A DNA stretch of 64,000 nucleotides from Candidatus Poribacteria bacterium. GTDB taxonomy: Bacteria > Poribacteria > WGA-4E > WGA-3G. This document shows positions 30,961-41,923 of this stretch, one piece after another; positions within the stretch are counted from its first letter, which is position 1, and each line of letters opens with the position of its first letter. A program made the position numbers and the translations under genes. The stretch is taken from assembly GCA_963663765.2 (NCBI GenBank), contig CAXXUA010000004.1:160001-224000 (forward strand), read 5' to 3'. Under the pieces are notes generated by a model. It searched no databases. It had not been told where the DNA came from and worked only from the letters and a program-made list of their open reading frames with translations.

Positions 30961-31979
30961 TTTGCTTCGTCTCCTACACGGATGCGTGGGTCAAAGTATG
31001 CATACAATAGGTCAACAACGAGATTAACGAACATAAACAGAGCGGAAACAAATAGGACTCCACCTTGTACGGCGCGTACATCACGTGCTTCAACTGATGC
31101 GCGTAGCCATGAACCGAGACCGGGCCAAGAAAAGATGTGTTCGGTTAAGATGGCACCTCCCATCAGATACCCAAATTCAAGACCGATGATTGTCAAGACA
31201 GGCACCATGCTATTCTTCAATGCATGTTTGATAATCACCACCCATTTTGATAATCCTTTAGCATAAGCGGTTGTAATAAATGGTTGATTTAGGACTTCAA
31301 GCAAACTTGACCGGGTCATTCTTGCTATTATTGCCAATGGAATTGTTCCTAATGTAATAGCGGGAAGTATTAGGTGTGCAATTGCATTTTTAAAAGCTTT
31401 TGCGTTTCCAGCAATTAGCGTATCTATTAGATAGAAACCAGTATGTGATTCAATATCTAAGCTTAACACTGTATCTAAACGTCCGGTGGCTGGTAGAATA
31501 TCCCACAGATGTGAAAAGAGTAAAATAAGCATCAAACCAAGCCAGAAGATCGGGATTGATATTCCTGCGAGAGATATTGACATGGACAAATAATCAAATA
31601 ATCTCCCTCTAAATACAGCTGCGATAATACCAAAGAAAATACCGAATATGATTGAGAATATCATCGCTGCAAGCGTTAATTCGGCAGTTGCAGGAAAATA
31701 CTGTTTGATTTCTGCAACAACAGGTTGGTTGGTTTTGAAGGAGTGTCCTAAATCAAGGTGTGCAAGATCCCAAAGAAATATTCCGTATTGGTATACTAAG
31801 GGTTTATCAAGTCCTAAATCTTCACGGATTTGTGTTAGAACTTCTTGGGTTGCACGTTCTCCAGCAATAATAAGAGCAGGATCTCCAGGTATCAGGTGAA
31901 CCATCAAGAATACAAGGATTGACACACCAAGAAGTGATAAACCGATAGATAGGAATCGTTGAATTAAAAAGGAGAGCAA
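30957..31979 (-). CDS. dppB: Dipeptide/oligopeptide ABC transporter permease (DppB-like)
   Basis: IPGDPA, GLDKPL, FPATAEL, ARMTRSSLLEVL and VDLLYAYFDPRI. Confidence 0.85.
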   Translation of the reverse strand: MLSFLIQRFLSIGLSLLGVSILVFLMVHLIPGDPALIIAGERATQEVLTQIREDLGLDKPLVYQYGIFLWDLAHLDLGHSFKTNQPVVAEIKQYFPATAELTLAAMIFSIIFGIFFGIIAAVFRGRLFDYLSMSISLAGISIPIFWLGLMLILLFSHLWDILPATGRLDTVLSLDIESHTGFYLIDTLIAGNAKAFKNAIAHLILPAITLGTIPLAIIARMTRSSLLEVLNQPFITTAYAKGLSKWVVIIKHALKNSMVPVLTIIGLEFGYLMGGAILTEHIFSWPGLGSWLRASVEARDVRAVQGGVLFVSALFMFVNLVVDLLYAYFDPRIRVGDEAK

Positions 31980-32044
31980 TAGTCAAGCCTCATACGGCAT
32001 ATATATTGAACGACATACCAACAATAGCAGTGAAGTAATTTAGA

Positions 32045-32229
32045 CAGGACTTACGCAGTTTTCGTGATCCAATCAAGAATTAAGACGAAAACGATGTAAT
32101 TTTCAGCATTTTTTAGGTTTCCGGCGCGCTTACAAAGCACCAAATCAACGGTATGAATGCCAAAAGGCATTCCCCGGGTATGAATGCCGTTTAGGCATTC
32201 CCCGCCTACCGTTGGGTGCGTAAGTCCTG
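32045..32229. mobile_element. MITE family F
   Basis: caggacttacgca / tgcgtaagtcctg. Contains a 63-bp hairpin insertion at 32141-32203. Confidence 0.85.
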
Positions 32230-33057
32230 TTAAAAAAAAGGATTGTGTGACTTTTCTTCACCCACAGTTGTAGGCGGTCCATGACCAGGGAAAAGTCTCA
32301 CTTCATCAGGTAGTGAAAGCAAATTATCCCGAACGCTATCAATTTCATCCTGATATGAGATGTTTGGACCTCCCACTGAACCGGCGAATATTGCATCTCC
32401 GACGAAAGCTGCTGTCTGTGTGAAATAACTACATCCACCGGGTGTATGTCCTGGCGTATCAAGAACAGTAACCTTGAGTTTGCCGACTTCCACAACATCA
32501 GAATGAACAAGTTCTTGTAATGGATTTACACTACGCGGTTTGGGTTCATTCTCATGTATGTAAGTTGAGCAATCGGTAGCGTCTTGGAGTTGTGTTAACC
32601 CATCAGTGTGGTCTCTATGTGAATGTGTCAACAAGATAGCAGTCGGAGTGACTTTTTGGGTATCAATCTCTTGCAAGATTAGTTCAGGATGGGCAGCAGT
32701 ATCAATAATAGCGGCATCTTTTGTATCCTTACAAATTAACAGGTATGCGTTGACAGGCCAGCCACGGACTGGTGCGCTGACGGTAATGACATCAAGCTTT
32801 GAGTCGTCAGACTGTTTGATCGGTTCAGGTTCCCACTGTTCTGTTGCTATGGCGAGTAACTTTTCACCATCTAAATTGAGTGATTCTGCGATTTTATATA
32901 CTTGCGCTTCTGTAGGTATTAAAGTATACTGTTCCATACGCGCAATATCTGCTTCAGTAATTCCAACTGCATTTGCAATTTGACCTTGGGACATGTCTTG
33001 TCCACGTCGAGCCTTACCGATGATGTCTCCAAATTCATCTTCAAGTGCATAAACCAT
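32230..33057 (-). CDS. XRE-type HTH fused to an MBL-fold metallo-hydrolase
   Basis: N-terminal MSQGQIANAVGITEADIARME, then THSHRDH, TPGHTPG, GDAIFAG and PGHG. Confidence 0.85.
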   Translation of the reverse strand: MVYALEDEFGDIIGKARRGQDMSQGQIANAVGITEADIARMEQYTLIPTEAQVYKIAESLNLDGEKLLAIATEQWEPEPIKQSDDSKLDVITVSAPVRGWPVNAYLLICKDTKDAAIIDTAAHPELILQEIDTQKVTPTAILLTHSHRDHTDGLTQLQDATDCSTYIHENEPKPRSVNPLQELVHSDVVEVGKLKVTVLDTPGHTPGGCSYFTQTAAFVGDAIFAGSVGGPNISYQDEIDSVRDNLLSLPDEVRLFPGHGPPTTVGEEKSHNPFF

Positions 33058-33247
33058 ACGATTATTCTCCTTATAGTTGAGTTAGAAAAATTATAGCAAA
33101 AAAGATGGTATAAAGCAATTCAAAAAGGTATATCCAAAATTAATAAGGTCTGGTCATTTTATCTATTTTAATTCAAAATGATTTATTAGAAAATCAACGG
33201 AGATGCACTATTAGTAGATACTACAGACTGAGTTATATTTCAATTAT

Positions 33248-33967
33248 ATGCATATCAAAGTCATCAATTATACTTTAGTAGAAATACCTGCGGGTCCATT
33301 TACCATGGGGACTTATCCTATGGGTTTGCGGAAAACTGATCCCGAAGAACCGCAACGTAGTGTTACTTTGGACGGTTTTGGCATCGGCATTTATCATGTT
33401 ACAAATTCCCAGTACGCGAAATTTGTTGATGATACAGGTTATCAACAGTCTATATATTGGCAGGATGAACGTTTCAATAGTGAAGATTGCCCTGTTGTTG
33501 GTGTGAGTTGGTATGATGTTCAAAATTTCTTTCTCTGGTTGAATAACATTACTGGTAAGGAATATCGCTTACCGACAGAAGCCGAATGGGAAAAAGCAGC
33601 CCGTGGTACTGATGGAAGAGAGTATCCTTGGGGGAATATTTGGGATGCAACAAAGGCAAACACAGCGGAAGCACAGTTGAAAAAGACAGGACCTGTAGGT
33701 GAATATCCAGATGGAAAAAGTCCATTCGGTTGTTATGATATGGCAGGTAACGCTTATGATTGGTGCAGCGACTGGTTTCATATTGATACATACAAGTACT
33801 CTCCACCGGAGAATCCAATGGGGGCAGTTGAGGGGAGACGAAAGGTGATTCGGGGTGGTTCGTGGCAGCCGGTTGGTGAGTTCGCAGCACGGTGTGCAAA
33901 CCGGGCTGCAAGTGAACCGATACGTGCATCACATAATATTGGGTTTCGGATTGCTATTGACTTATGA
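33248..33967 (+). CDS. Formylglycine-generating enzyme / SUMF1 domain protein
   Basis: PVVGVSW, RLPTEAEWEKAARG, YDMAGN, RGGSW and IGFR. Confidence 0.9.
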   Translation: MHIKVINYTLVEIPAGPFTMGTYPMGLRKTDPEEPQRSVTLDGFGIGIYHVTNSQYAKFVDDTGYQQSIYWQDERFNSEDCPVVGVSWYDVQNFFLWLNNITGKEYRLPTEAEWEKAARGTDGREYPWGNIWDATKANTAEAQLKKTGPVGEYPDGKSPFGCYDMAGNAYDWCSDWFHIDTYKYSPPENPMGAVEGRRKVIRGGSWQPVGEFAARCANRAASEPIRASHNIGFRIAIDL

Positions 33968-33992
33968 AATTAAATGCTTGAAAAAAGAGAAA

Positions 33993-35075
33993 ATGCAAAA
34001 ACTGAATCTATCAGAGAATCCTAAAGAATTTCGTAAGGTACTGTTGACATGGTTCAATATACATCAACGCGAAATGCCGTGGCGTGGGATTGATGATCCT
34101 TATAAGATCTGGGTTTCTGAGGTTATGCTTCAGCAGACACAAGTAAAAAAGGTCGTTGATTATTATCTAAGATTTATCACGCGATTTCCTGATATAAAAC
34201 AACTTGCATCCGCATCACTTCAAGATGTGCTGAAAGTATGGGAAGGATTAGGATATTACGCAAGAGCACGAAACCTTCACAAAGCAGCAAAGATTGTTGT
34301 TGATATGTATAATGGAGAGATCCCTAGTGAATACACAGAGTTTCGCAAATTGCCGGGTGTTGGTGATTACAGTGCTGCTGCTGTGCTAAGTATTGCTTTT
34401 GATGCACCTTATGCTGCTGTTGATGGGAACATCAAACGGGTGTTAGCACGTCTCTTTCTCATGGAAGCACTGATCAATGATAGTTCATCACAAAAACTAT
34501 TTCAAGAACAAGCTGATGAACTTCTGGATCATGAGAAACCAAGTCAGTACAATCAAGCAATGATGGAATTGGGGGCAACTGTGTGTCGTCCCCAATCCCC
34601 GACATGTCTTGTCTGTCCTGTGAGTATGTATTGTTGTGCATTTCAAACAGCGAGTCAAGACGAATTTCCACGTAGCAACAAGAGAAGTGCAATTCCTGAA
34701 CATCACATGGTTGCTTGCGTGATCAGTAAAGGCACAAAGGTACTGCTTATACAACGACCCCTTGACGGATTACTTGGTGGTCTCTGGGAATTTCCCAACG
34801 GTAGACCCAACGAAGATGAAGATGTGGAAGCAGCTTGTGTGCGTCATATCACTGATGCTGTCAACCTCAATGTCAATAATCTAACATACCTTACCCGTGT
34901 GCGACATGCATTTACTCATTTTAAAATCGTTGTTGATGTCATGCAATGTGACTATCACTCGGGTGAAATCGTCTTGAAAGGACCAATAGATGCAAAGTGG
35001 GTTGAACTCACTTCACTCAAGGAGTATCCACTTCCGCGAACTACCCACAAAATCCTTGTTAAATTAGTTATTTGA
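33993..35075 (+). CDS. mutY: A/G-specific adenine glycosylase
   Basis: SEVMLQQTQV, WEGLGYYARARNLH, LPGVG, VDGNIKRV, a 4Fe-4S Cys motif and GGLWEFP. Confidence 0.95.
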   Translation: MQKLNLSENPKEFRKVLLTWFNIHQREMPWRGIDDPYKIWVSEVMLQQTQVKKVVDYYLRFITRFPDIKQLASASLQDVLKVWEGLGYYARARNLHKAAKIVVDMYNGEIPSEYTEFRKLPGVGDYSAAAVLSIAFDAPYAAVDGNIKRVLARLFLMEALINDSSSQKLFQEQADELLDHEKPSQYNQAMMELGATVCRPQSPTCLVCPVSMYCCAFQTASQDEFPRSNKRSAIPEHHMVACVISKGTKVLLIQRPLDGLLGGLWEFPNGRPNEDEDVEAACVRHITDAVNLNVNNLTYLTRVRHAFTHFKIVVDVMQCDYHSGEIVLKGPIDAKWVELTSLKEYPLPRTTHKILVKLVI

Positions 35076-36014
35076 TCCGAACTTTGCTTCGTATTTTTCC
35101 CATACTTCATCTGGAATTGGGGTGCTTGCTGCTCGAACATTTGCTTCTAATTGTTCAACATTGAGACTTCCAATGTTATTTCCGTGTATGCGTTCCTCTT
35201 TCAGACAGAACTGAATTGCAAGTTGTAGCAAACTGACACCTTCTTCGACGCACCATTGCCATATTGGATATGCTGCAGCGACATCTCCTTCTTTCCGCCA
35301 ACGTCCCCGTTCAATTTCTGCATCAATATTAACATCTGTGAGGATACCACGTAGTATTGACCAACCATTCATTACACCGATGTCTGCTTCAGCTGCAGCA
35401 GGTAGGATGGTATCTGTAACAGTCTGCCGGACAAGGTTGTAATCGTTGAAGCATAATAACAAATCGACATCACCTGTTGCGATGGCTTTTAGATGAAAAT
35501 CGTGTTGACGCATGCCGTAACCAACGAAACGGACGAGTCCGCGTTCTTTACATTTGAGCAACCCTTCAAGTGTACCACCTTTTTCGAGGGTTGGGTCAAT
35601 TTCACCTGGGTCGTGTATGAGCATTCCCTCCAGATAATCGACATTTAAGATTTCCAGTTGATTTTCCAAGTCTTTAATTGCACGGTCAGCGGAATAATCG
35701 GGTCTACCTTGTCCGTATCCTCCCCAATCTGCTGCGGAATGGCAGCACAGACGGGCAGTAATAATGACATCTTCGCGTGGAATCTCCTTCATTGCTAGAC
35801 CAAGTTTGCGCAGAGAATCACCATAACAACGTGCACAGTCAAAATGATTGACACCGATAGATACTGAATGTTTTATCAATGCAATAGCATCTTCATCCGA
35901 TACAAACCCAAAATTGTTTCCGAATCCTTGTGTACCATAAGGTACAACAGGGATACTTAATTCTGTCCTACCTAATCTTCGTCGAGGTACTGTTGGTAAG
36001 GATTGATTTGCCAT
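35064..36014 (-). CDS. Aldo/keto reductase
   Basis: RRLGRTEL, GVNHFDCARCYG and LLQLAIQF. True start MANQSL has an SD AGGAG; the longer ORF runs through a MITE. Confidence 0.85.
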   Translation of the reverse strand: MANQSLPTVPRRRLGRTELSIPVVPYGTQGFGNNFGFVSDEDAIALIKHSVSIGVNHFDCARCYGDSLRKLGLAMKEIPREDVIITARLCCHSAADWGGYGQGRPDYSADRAIKDLENQLEILNVDYLEGMLIHDPGEIDPTLEKGGTLEGLLKCKERGLVRFVGYGMRQHDFHLKAIATGDVDLLLCFNDYNLVRQTVTDTILPAAAEADIGVMNGWSILRGILTDVNIDAEIERGRWRKEGDVAAAYPIWQWCVEEGVSLLQLAIQFCLKEERIHGNNIGSLNVEQLEANVRAASTPIPDEVWEKYEAKFGSNN

Positions 36015-36046
36015 AAAGTTTCTCCTGATATGGTATATTGTGTAAT

Positions 36047-36172
36047 CAGGACTTACGCATTTTCTCATGAAGTCCCACTGATAAAGGGGATATAGTGAGT
36101 TAGGATCGCTGAAATAGCACCTTTTCCCTAACCCCTTATATAAATATATCAAGGGGGAATGCGTCCATCCTG
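36047..36172. mobile_element. Degenerate family F-type MITE with different cargo
   Basis: caggacttacgcatt / aatgcgtccatcctg. A partial relative lies at ~62085-62148. Confidence 0.6.
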
Positions 36173-36195
36173 TTCCATAGTAATTATTGGACCAT

Positions 36196-36432
36196 TTAAC
36201 GTTCTGTCTTATCAAGTGGATATGTCTCATCTTCTTTTGATAACGGGTACGGATCTTCCTTCGTCAATTCACCGTTCGGGAGTTCGTAGTAGCGATGTCC
36301 GTTAATATCATACACATTTGGGATCCCTTTTTTGCGGTTCTCCTCTTGTGCCCTTTTCGCAGCTCTATTGCCAATTTCCAGAAACTTACGTGCTTGTTTG
36401 TAGGTTTCAAGGCTCAATTCATCTTGACGCAT
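36196..36432 (-). CDS. Small hypothetical protein, putative antitoxin
   Basis: 78 aa, IGNRAAKRAQEENRKKGIPNVY, translationally coupled (TAATG) to the upstream ATPase. Confidence 0.7.
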   Translation of the reverse strand: MRQDELSLETYKQARKFLEIGNRAAKRAQEENRKKGIPNVYDINGHRYYELPNGELTKEDPYPLSKEDETYPLDKTER

Positions 36433-37019
36433 TATGCACCTCCATTGCGAATGTCTCGCATAAATATTTCAAAGATATCATTGTTTATTACCGTAAACTG
36501 GTTCCCTTCACCAGAAGCGATTTCCTGAGGATGTTCACCAGAATTGTAGAACAGATGCCACTCATCCGCCATATCCTTGTAAGTATACCAAAAGTTGTGC
36601 TTGCTCCGATAAAACCGACGGATGACATCTTCCGTTGGCACATGGTGTCCGCCCCCCTGTACACGATTCCGTACACGAGCAACACTGGTCTCAGCCGATT
36701 TGAGAAAAATAAAAACAATGGTAACCGTGTAGCCAGCACTTTTTAATTGAGAGATAGTTCTCGCAAATCCTTTACCGGCAAGCGTCACCTCTACAATAAA
36801 ATCTGTCCCCGCTTGGATAAGCCCCTGGATTTCTTGGATAAATAGTCTTCCAGCTTGAATCTTAACGCTTCCCATCTCCTCCGGTCTAGATACCAATCTT
36901 TCTGCGATCGCATCGGCACCGATATATACAGAGATCTCAGAATCCCGGAGATATTCGGACACAAAAGTCGTTTTTCCGGACCCGTTTGGACCGGCTATGA
37001 TTATTACATTTTTCGACAA
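36432..37019 (-). CDS. Zeta toxin-like P-loop ATPase
   Basis: IIAGPNGSGKTT, ADAIA and RVRNRVQGGGHHVP. Confidence 0.85.
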   Translation of the reverse strand: MSKNVIIIAGPNGSGKTTFVSEYLRDSEISVYIGADAIAERLVSRPEEMGSVKIQAGRLFIQEIQGLIQAGTDFIVEVTLAGKGFARTISQLKSAGYTVTIVFIFLKSAETSVARVRNRVQGGGHHVPTEDVIRRFYRSKHNFWYTYKDMADEWHLFYNSGEHPQEIASGEGNQFTVINNDIFEIFMRDIRNGGA

Positions 37020-37115
37020 GGTATTACCTTCAAACTTTTAATGTCCATTGTAGGCGAGTTTTGAAATCTCGCCTACTGAAACATAGCAAACCACAGTTTG
37101 GAATTTGGCAAAGAG

Positions 37116-37742
37116 CTAATATTTATCAGAACCTTCAAGCGGCAGCGGCACTGCCCAGATATTCCGATATCGGACATGATTGCCGTGGTCTTGTAAACGT
37201 AGGGGTCCTGGTTTTGCCAATTCTGAACCAGCACCACCAGCTGTAGCTCCTGGAAGCTGAACGTTATTGAGGATAACTAAACCGTTCTGAAGTGCTGTTA
37301 CTCTGACGTTTTCGGTCATTTCACCATTATCATTGAATCTTGGCGCACGGAAGATAACATCATAAGTTTGCCAATGAAGTGGAGGTAAACAAGCATTTAC
37401 AAGTGTAGCAAATTGATTGTAAATTGCCCCGCAATCTCCTTTACCAGGGACTTCAATGCCGAAAGAATCCAACACTTGTATTTCATATCTTCCTTGTAGA
37501 AATACGCCACTATTTCCTTTTCCTTGTCCACTTGCTTCGGGCATATCAGGACACATGAATTCAACGTGTAGGAAATGATCCGTGAAGGTTTCTTTGCTTG
37601 AAATGTCACCTGTGCGAGGCTCTACAATCATAGCGTCATCTTCAACTTTCCATTTCGGTTCGCCGCCATCCCGTCCCACCCAATTGCTTAAATCAGTTCC
37701 ATCAAAAAGAATCACTGCTGATTCTGGAGGTGTTTGTAACAT
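37116..37742 (-). CDS. DUF1080 / 3-keto-disaccharide hydrolase domain protein
   Basis: LFDGTDL, GNSGVFL, YEIQVLD and LQDHGNHVRYRNIW. Confidence 0.9.
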   Translation of the reverse strand: MLQTPPESAVILFDGTDLSNWVGRDGGEPKWKVEDDAMIVEPRTGDISSKETFTDHFLHVEFMCPDMPEASGQGKGNSGVFLQGRYEIQVLDSFGIEVPGKGDCGAIYNQFATLVNACLPPLHWQTYDVIFRAPRFNDNGEMTENVRVTALQNGLVILNNVQLPGATAGGAGSELAKPGPLRLQDHGNHVRYRNIWAVPLPLEGSDKY

Positions 37743-37851
37743 AAATTAGTTTTCCTTTCTAATACTTTACATTTATAATTTACCCTTTGTATTAGGGTTT
37801 GAGGATTTTCCGTAATTTTAACTGGATTCGTCTTTTTTGTCAACGGTTTAG

Positions 37852-38210
37852 CAGAGTTATTTAGTTTTCAATATTTTTGATAATATTTTGCTATGTCGTT
37901 AATTTTATGTGATACCATCTTGTCCAGTTCTTTAGTCCCGTAGGGACGATATGTTTATAGAAAATGTTTTCCACTCCAATTGAGTTCCGTAGGAACGACA
38001 TAGAAGAATAAACATATCGTCCCTACGGGACTAAAGAACTGAGGAGGGTATTTGTTTGCTATAAACATATCGTCCCTACGGGACTAAAGAGCGATGTTCA
38101 TGTTTCAATAATCTAAAATTGATGCATAAAGTTCGGTTAGGAAACCGAACGCGTGTATTAACTTTCAGTAAATCTAAATAAAAGAAAACTCTTAAAACTG
38201 AATAACCCTG
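37852..38210. mobile_element. MITE family A
   Basis: Exact 9-bp duplication acggtttag at 37843-37851 and 38211-38219. Confidence 0.9.
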
Positions 38211-38261
38211 ACGGTTTAGGGATACAAGCACAGAAGTTACTGTTTGCAGTATTTTCCAGAC

Positions 38262-39902
38262 TCAAACTTGCTTAGACACCTTCTCAGCCAATCTTATTAG
38301 TGCAGGGGACATGTCAGATTTTTCAAGTTCTGCTTCAATCATGACAAAATGTTTCGTTTCTGCAAGTGCAGTTTTCATTGCCCTTTCAAATTCACCTTCG
38401 GTACGGACAGCAAACGCTTGTCCTGCTCCTAACATTTCCGGTAGATGCGTATAACGCCAATTTATTATATCATTATAAGGACCTTCAACGAGTGGACGCA
38501 TAGTACCGTAACCGTGATTGTTGAGAACAAGAATAATCGGGTTAAGTCCGTAGCGGATAGTCGTTGAGAGTTCAGTTCCAGTCATTTGGAAGGCTCCATC
38601 TCCGACAATAACGAGTGGTCTGGTGTCAGGTTTACCCAGTTGTGCACCAACAGCAGCTGGAATTGCAAACCCCATTGAGGTATAGTATGCCTGAGAAATA
38701 AATTCCGTGTGTTCCGGTAGCCGTAAATCCGATGCACCCCAAAGGCAGTCTCCCACATCGGGAATAACTGTCAGGTCATCGCTTAGAAATTGATTGAGAT
38801 GTTGGAATAAGCGTTTGACAGTAAGTGTTTGGTCGGGGACCATCACAAAGGGTTCAGCCACTTCCAGTACCCATTCCAAGTTTACATCGGGACGTATGTT
38901 GAGTTGCGGAGAACATAAACCATCTAAAAAATCTTCAAATGTAACATCTTCATAAGTAGAGTAACAGACTGTGATTTTATCCGAGGAAGCATAGACACAA
39001 CGACTTCGCGCGAGGTTTGCGGTGTAAATCCCAAGGTTGACATCGGTCATAAATGCGCCAAGAATAATAAGACAATCAGATGTTTCAACAAGCGTTGTGA
39101 TCTCTGTTCTACCCATTGCACCACCATAAATACCTAAGTAAAATGGATGTGCTTCTGGCATCACCGATTTCCCCAACAACGTTGTAACTACTGGGATCTG
39201 TTTTTCTTCTGCAAGCCGAAGTAATTTGTCTTGAAATCTGTATCTATGGAGTTCTGCCCCTGCTAAAATAACAGGATTTTCGGATTGATTTATGAACGCA
39301 ATTGCATTTGATAAAGCAGCATCTAACGTTTCGGGGTCACTGTGTATTCCATCTGTTGAAGGAATATGGTGACCTGATCCTTGTATGTTTACCATATCGC
39401 GTGGTAGTTCAATGTAGCCCGGACGCTTATGCCAATAGACTGCTTCCAACACTCTATCTATCTCGTTAAAAGCTGTATAAGGTTCATCAAGTAGTGCTGT
39501 TGCGACGGTTATCTCTTCATAGATACGTTGTTGTGTAAAAAAGTTTTTACCTTTATGGTGTAAAAGTGCGCCCTCAGTGCGCTCCTTTATTCCTGGGCTG
39601 CCGCTAATGACAACAAGAGGTGATTTTTCAGCATAAGCAGCGGTGACGGCGTTAATCATAGATAAACCCCCGACACCGTACGTCACACACGCAGCCCCCA
39701 TGCCGTTTGTTCGGGCATAAGCATCTGCAGCGAATCCCGCGGTTTCTTCACGCGTTGTACCGATGTGTTGAATAGGACTCTGCTCAATCATATCAAAGAA
39801 CTGCACTACATAATCGCCAGGTATGCCAAAAATATGATTGATTTCGTAACTCATTAGTTTTTTCAGCAGGTACTCACCAATTGTTAGTTGATTATTTGAC
39901 AT
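38262..39902 (-). CDS. ThDP-dependent alpha-keto acid (indolepyruvate/pyruvate) decarboxylase
   Basis: IFGIPGDY, AADAYAR, TYGVGGLS, LLHH and GDGAFQMTG...NNHGYG. Confidence 0.9.
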   Translation of the reverse strand: MSNNQLTIGEYLLKKLMSYEINHIFGIPGDYVVQFFDMIEQSPIQHIGTTREETAGFAADAYARTNGMGAACVTYGVGGLSMINAVTAAYAEKSPLVVISGSPGIKERTEGALLHHKGKNFFTQQRIYEEITVATALLDEPYTAFNEIDRVLEAVYWHKRPGYIELPRDMVNIQGSGHHIPSTDGIHSDPETLDAALSNAIAFINQSENPVILAGAELHRYRFQDKLLRLAEEKQIPVVTTLLGKSVMPEAHPFYLGIYGGAMGRTEITTLVETSDCLIILGAFMTDVNLGIYTANLARSRCVYASSDKITVCYSTYEDVTFEDFLDGLCSPQLNIRPDVNLEWVLEVAEPFVMVPDQTLTVKRLFQHLNQFLSDDLTVIPDVGDCLWGASDLRLPEHTEFISQAYYTSMGFAIPAAVGAQLGKPDTRPLVIVGDGAFQMTGTELSTTIRYGLNPIILVLNNHGYGTMRPLVEGPYNDIINWRYTHLPEMLGAGQAFAVRTEGEFERAMKTALAETKHFVMIEAELEKSDMSPALIRLAEKVSKQV

Positions 39903-40013
39903 AATAACACCTTTAACTACGCTTGACCGCAGCATTTAAAAGACTGGTATTGTGATCACCTATAAATATAGTCTGTTCATTCGTTAGGCAATATCGTCCT
40001 ATTAATTTAGCTG

Positions 40014-40769
40014 CTATTCGTTGATATAATCTGAACGCAACAGAAACGTGTGTGATTCCCAACCACCTGTGCGTACATCAAGTTCAGCTTCATTTGCCAT
40101 AATATCCTCCAACTCACCGTAGGTAGTTGCATCTTCCTCGTTTGCAAATTCAAATTCAACCAGCCGGTGTGGAGTTTCACCATAGTAGTTGTCGTAAGAG
40201 GCTATTGTTTTTAACTGGGACGGTCCAACTGTAGTAGCAGAAACGGAGTCAACCCAATCCAGGTATGCTTGTTTTCCACCAAGAGGATAATTAATCAACA
40301 AAACGCCTTTAACTGGCCAATTGCCTTCCGCTCCTTTCGCGTAATCAGAACGCAGGATAAATGTGTGCACGGTCACATCGCTTGCATGGTTTGGGAGGTC
40401 ATTGTTAATATCGGCTATCTCAGGTCGATTTAGATATGTTGCCATATCAAGAAAACTATCAAATTCATACTCAACAAGTCGATTTGGACTCTTCGTTGGG
40501 TCTTGATTATCATAGGAACGTATCCTACGGACCTCTTCAGGGGCATACAGAGTTGGAACAAGGGATTGAACCCATTCAATATAAGCATCTTTACCACCCT
40601 CTGGATAGTCAATTAGCAGGACATACTTCACTGGGATTTGAGGAGTCAAGTCCTCTTCAGATTGTATTGTGTCATCCACAACATCTTGTACGGTCTGACA
40701 TCCGGTCAATGCTAAGAGTGTAATAGTTATCAAAATTAAAAACGCGTTACCTATTTTTAATTGCATCAA
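40014..40769 (-). CDS. Lipoprotein with two tandem homologous domains
   Basis: LTGC lipobox. The motif LLI.YP.GGK.AY..WV.S...SYDN...P.RLVE.EF occurs twice. Confidence 0.75.
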   Translation of the reverse strand: MMQLKIGNAFLILITITLLALTGCQTVQDVVDDTIQSEEDLTPQIPVKYVLLIDYPEGGKDAYIEWVQSLVPTLYAPEEVRRIRSYDNQDPTKSPNRLVEYEFDSFLDMATYLNRPEIADINNDLPNHASDVTVHTFILRSDYAKGAEGNWPVKGVLLINYPLGGKQAYLDWVDSVSATTVGPSQLKTIASYDNYYGETPHRLVEFEFANEEDATTYGELEDIMANEAELDVRTGGWESHTFLLRSDYINE

Positions 40770-41462
40770 TTTTCCTCCTATGACAACAGTGGTTGTCTTA
40801 TAAATAATTAAAAGTATTGGTGTATATAGAACACAAAGAGTATTTTATTTGATTTGAATATATAATTCAAGATAAAATGATAAAATGATAGAATAACAGA
40901 GGTATTCAAATGGTCAGATAGTTTAATATTTATACCATTGCTAATTGATAATGTACCGTTCTCGGTGGAGATTCTGTAGGCAACAAGTGCTATATACAGG
41001 AAAATCATGGTGAATATCAAACGCGCATTCGTCAAAAGGTATTGGTCCCGTTGATTTGGTGCCTCACAATGTTGACTCTATCAAAAAAATAATAATCACG
41101 TTGATTTGGTATTATACCGAATTAACGTGAGTCGTCTTGCTAAGTGTGCGGTTAGGAAACCGCACCTACCGTTGGAAAAAGATAAATTACGTTGATTTGG
41201 TATTATGTCACCTAAAAGTCACCAATAAAAAATACGTGTCACGGGATTCAGAGTCAGTTTGTAAGAATCGCTATTCAACTTGTTGGGTTCGAAATTTTCC
41301 TACTTTACATGTGATGTGAACGCAACGTGAACAGTAAAAAATATCTATTATGTTATTGGTGCATGAAAAATGGTAAGCTTGAAGATTCAGAGCTTTTATG
41401 GTAAGGTAAAATTGCCCGGAAATGATGAGGCAAATATTCAAATTATGAAGGAGAAGCGTAAT

Positions 41463-41858
41463 ATGGCAAAAGTTAAGGTTTTTCTAAGTTTTGAGTTTGA
41501 CAGAGATGAGGAACTTCATCAAAATTTCTACGGGCAAGCTGCTGAATACTCCAGTCATAAAATTGAAGATTATTCACTAAACGAACCTTATCCACCACAT
41601 AATAACAGGAGTTGGTTGAAGATAGCGAGGGATCTAATTTCTTGCTCGGACATTGTGATTGCCGTTATAGGAGAAGACACTCATAATGCACCTGGTGTTG
41701 AAAAAGAGGTGACAGTTGCTAATCAGCAGAATAAACCTATCTTCCAGATTCGTCCGCAGAGCAGGACAAGTGGTCGGGTCGACGGGGCAGGTGAGGTAAT
41801 TCCATGGAAGTGGAAGAAAATCGATGCGAAAATTTCTGAGTGTTTAAAGAAAAAATAA
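41463..41858 (+). CDS. TIR-like domain protein (DUF1863/ThsB-like)
   Basis: KVFLSFEFDRD, DYSLNEP and IAVIGEDTHNAPGVEKEV with the catalytic-position Glu. SD AAGGAG. Confidence 0.8.
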   Translation: MAKVKVFLSFEFDRDEELHQNFYGQAAEYSSHKIEDYSLNEPYPPHNNRSWLKIARDLISCSDIVIAVIGEDTHNAPGVEKEVTVANQQNKPIFQIRPQSRTSGRVDGAGEVIPWKWKKIDAKISECLKKK

Positions 41859-41923
41859 AACGCGGACTTGCAAATGTGTACTGTCAGTCTACTATATTAT
41901 TGTGTGATGATTTTAATATCGGA

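Noticed and set aside
36015-36230. N-terminal extension of the aldo/keto reductase
   Set aside because: It reads through a MITE, and an SD precedes ATG 36014.
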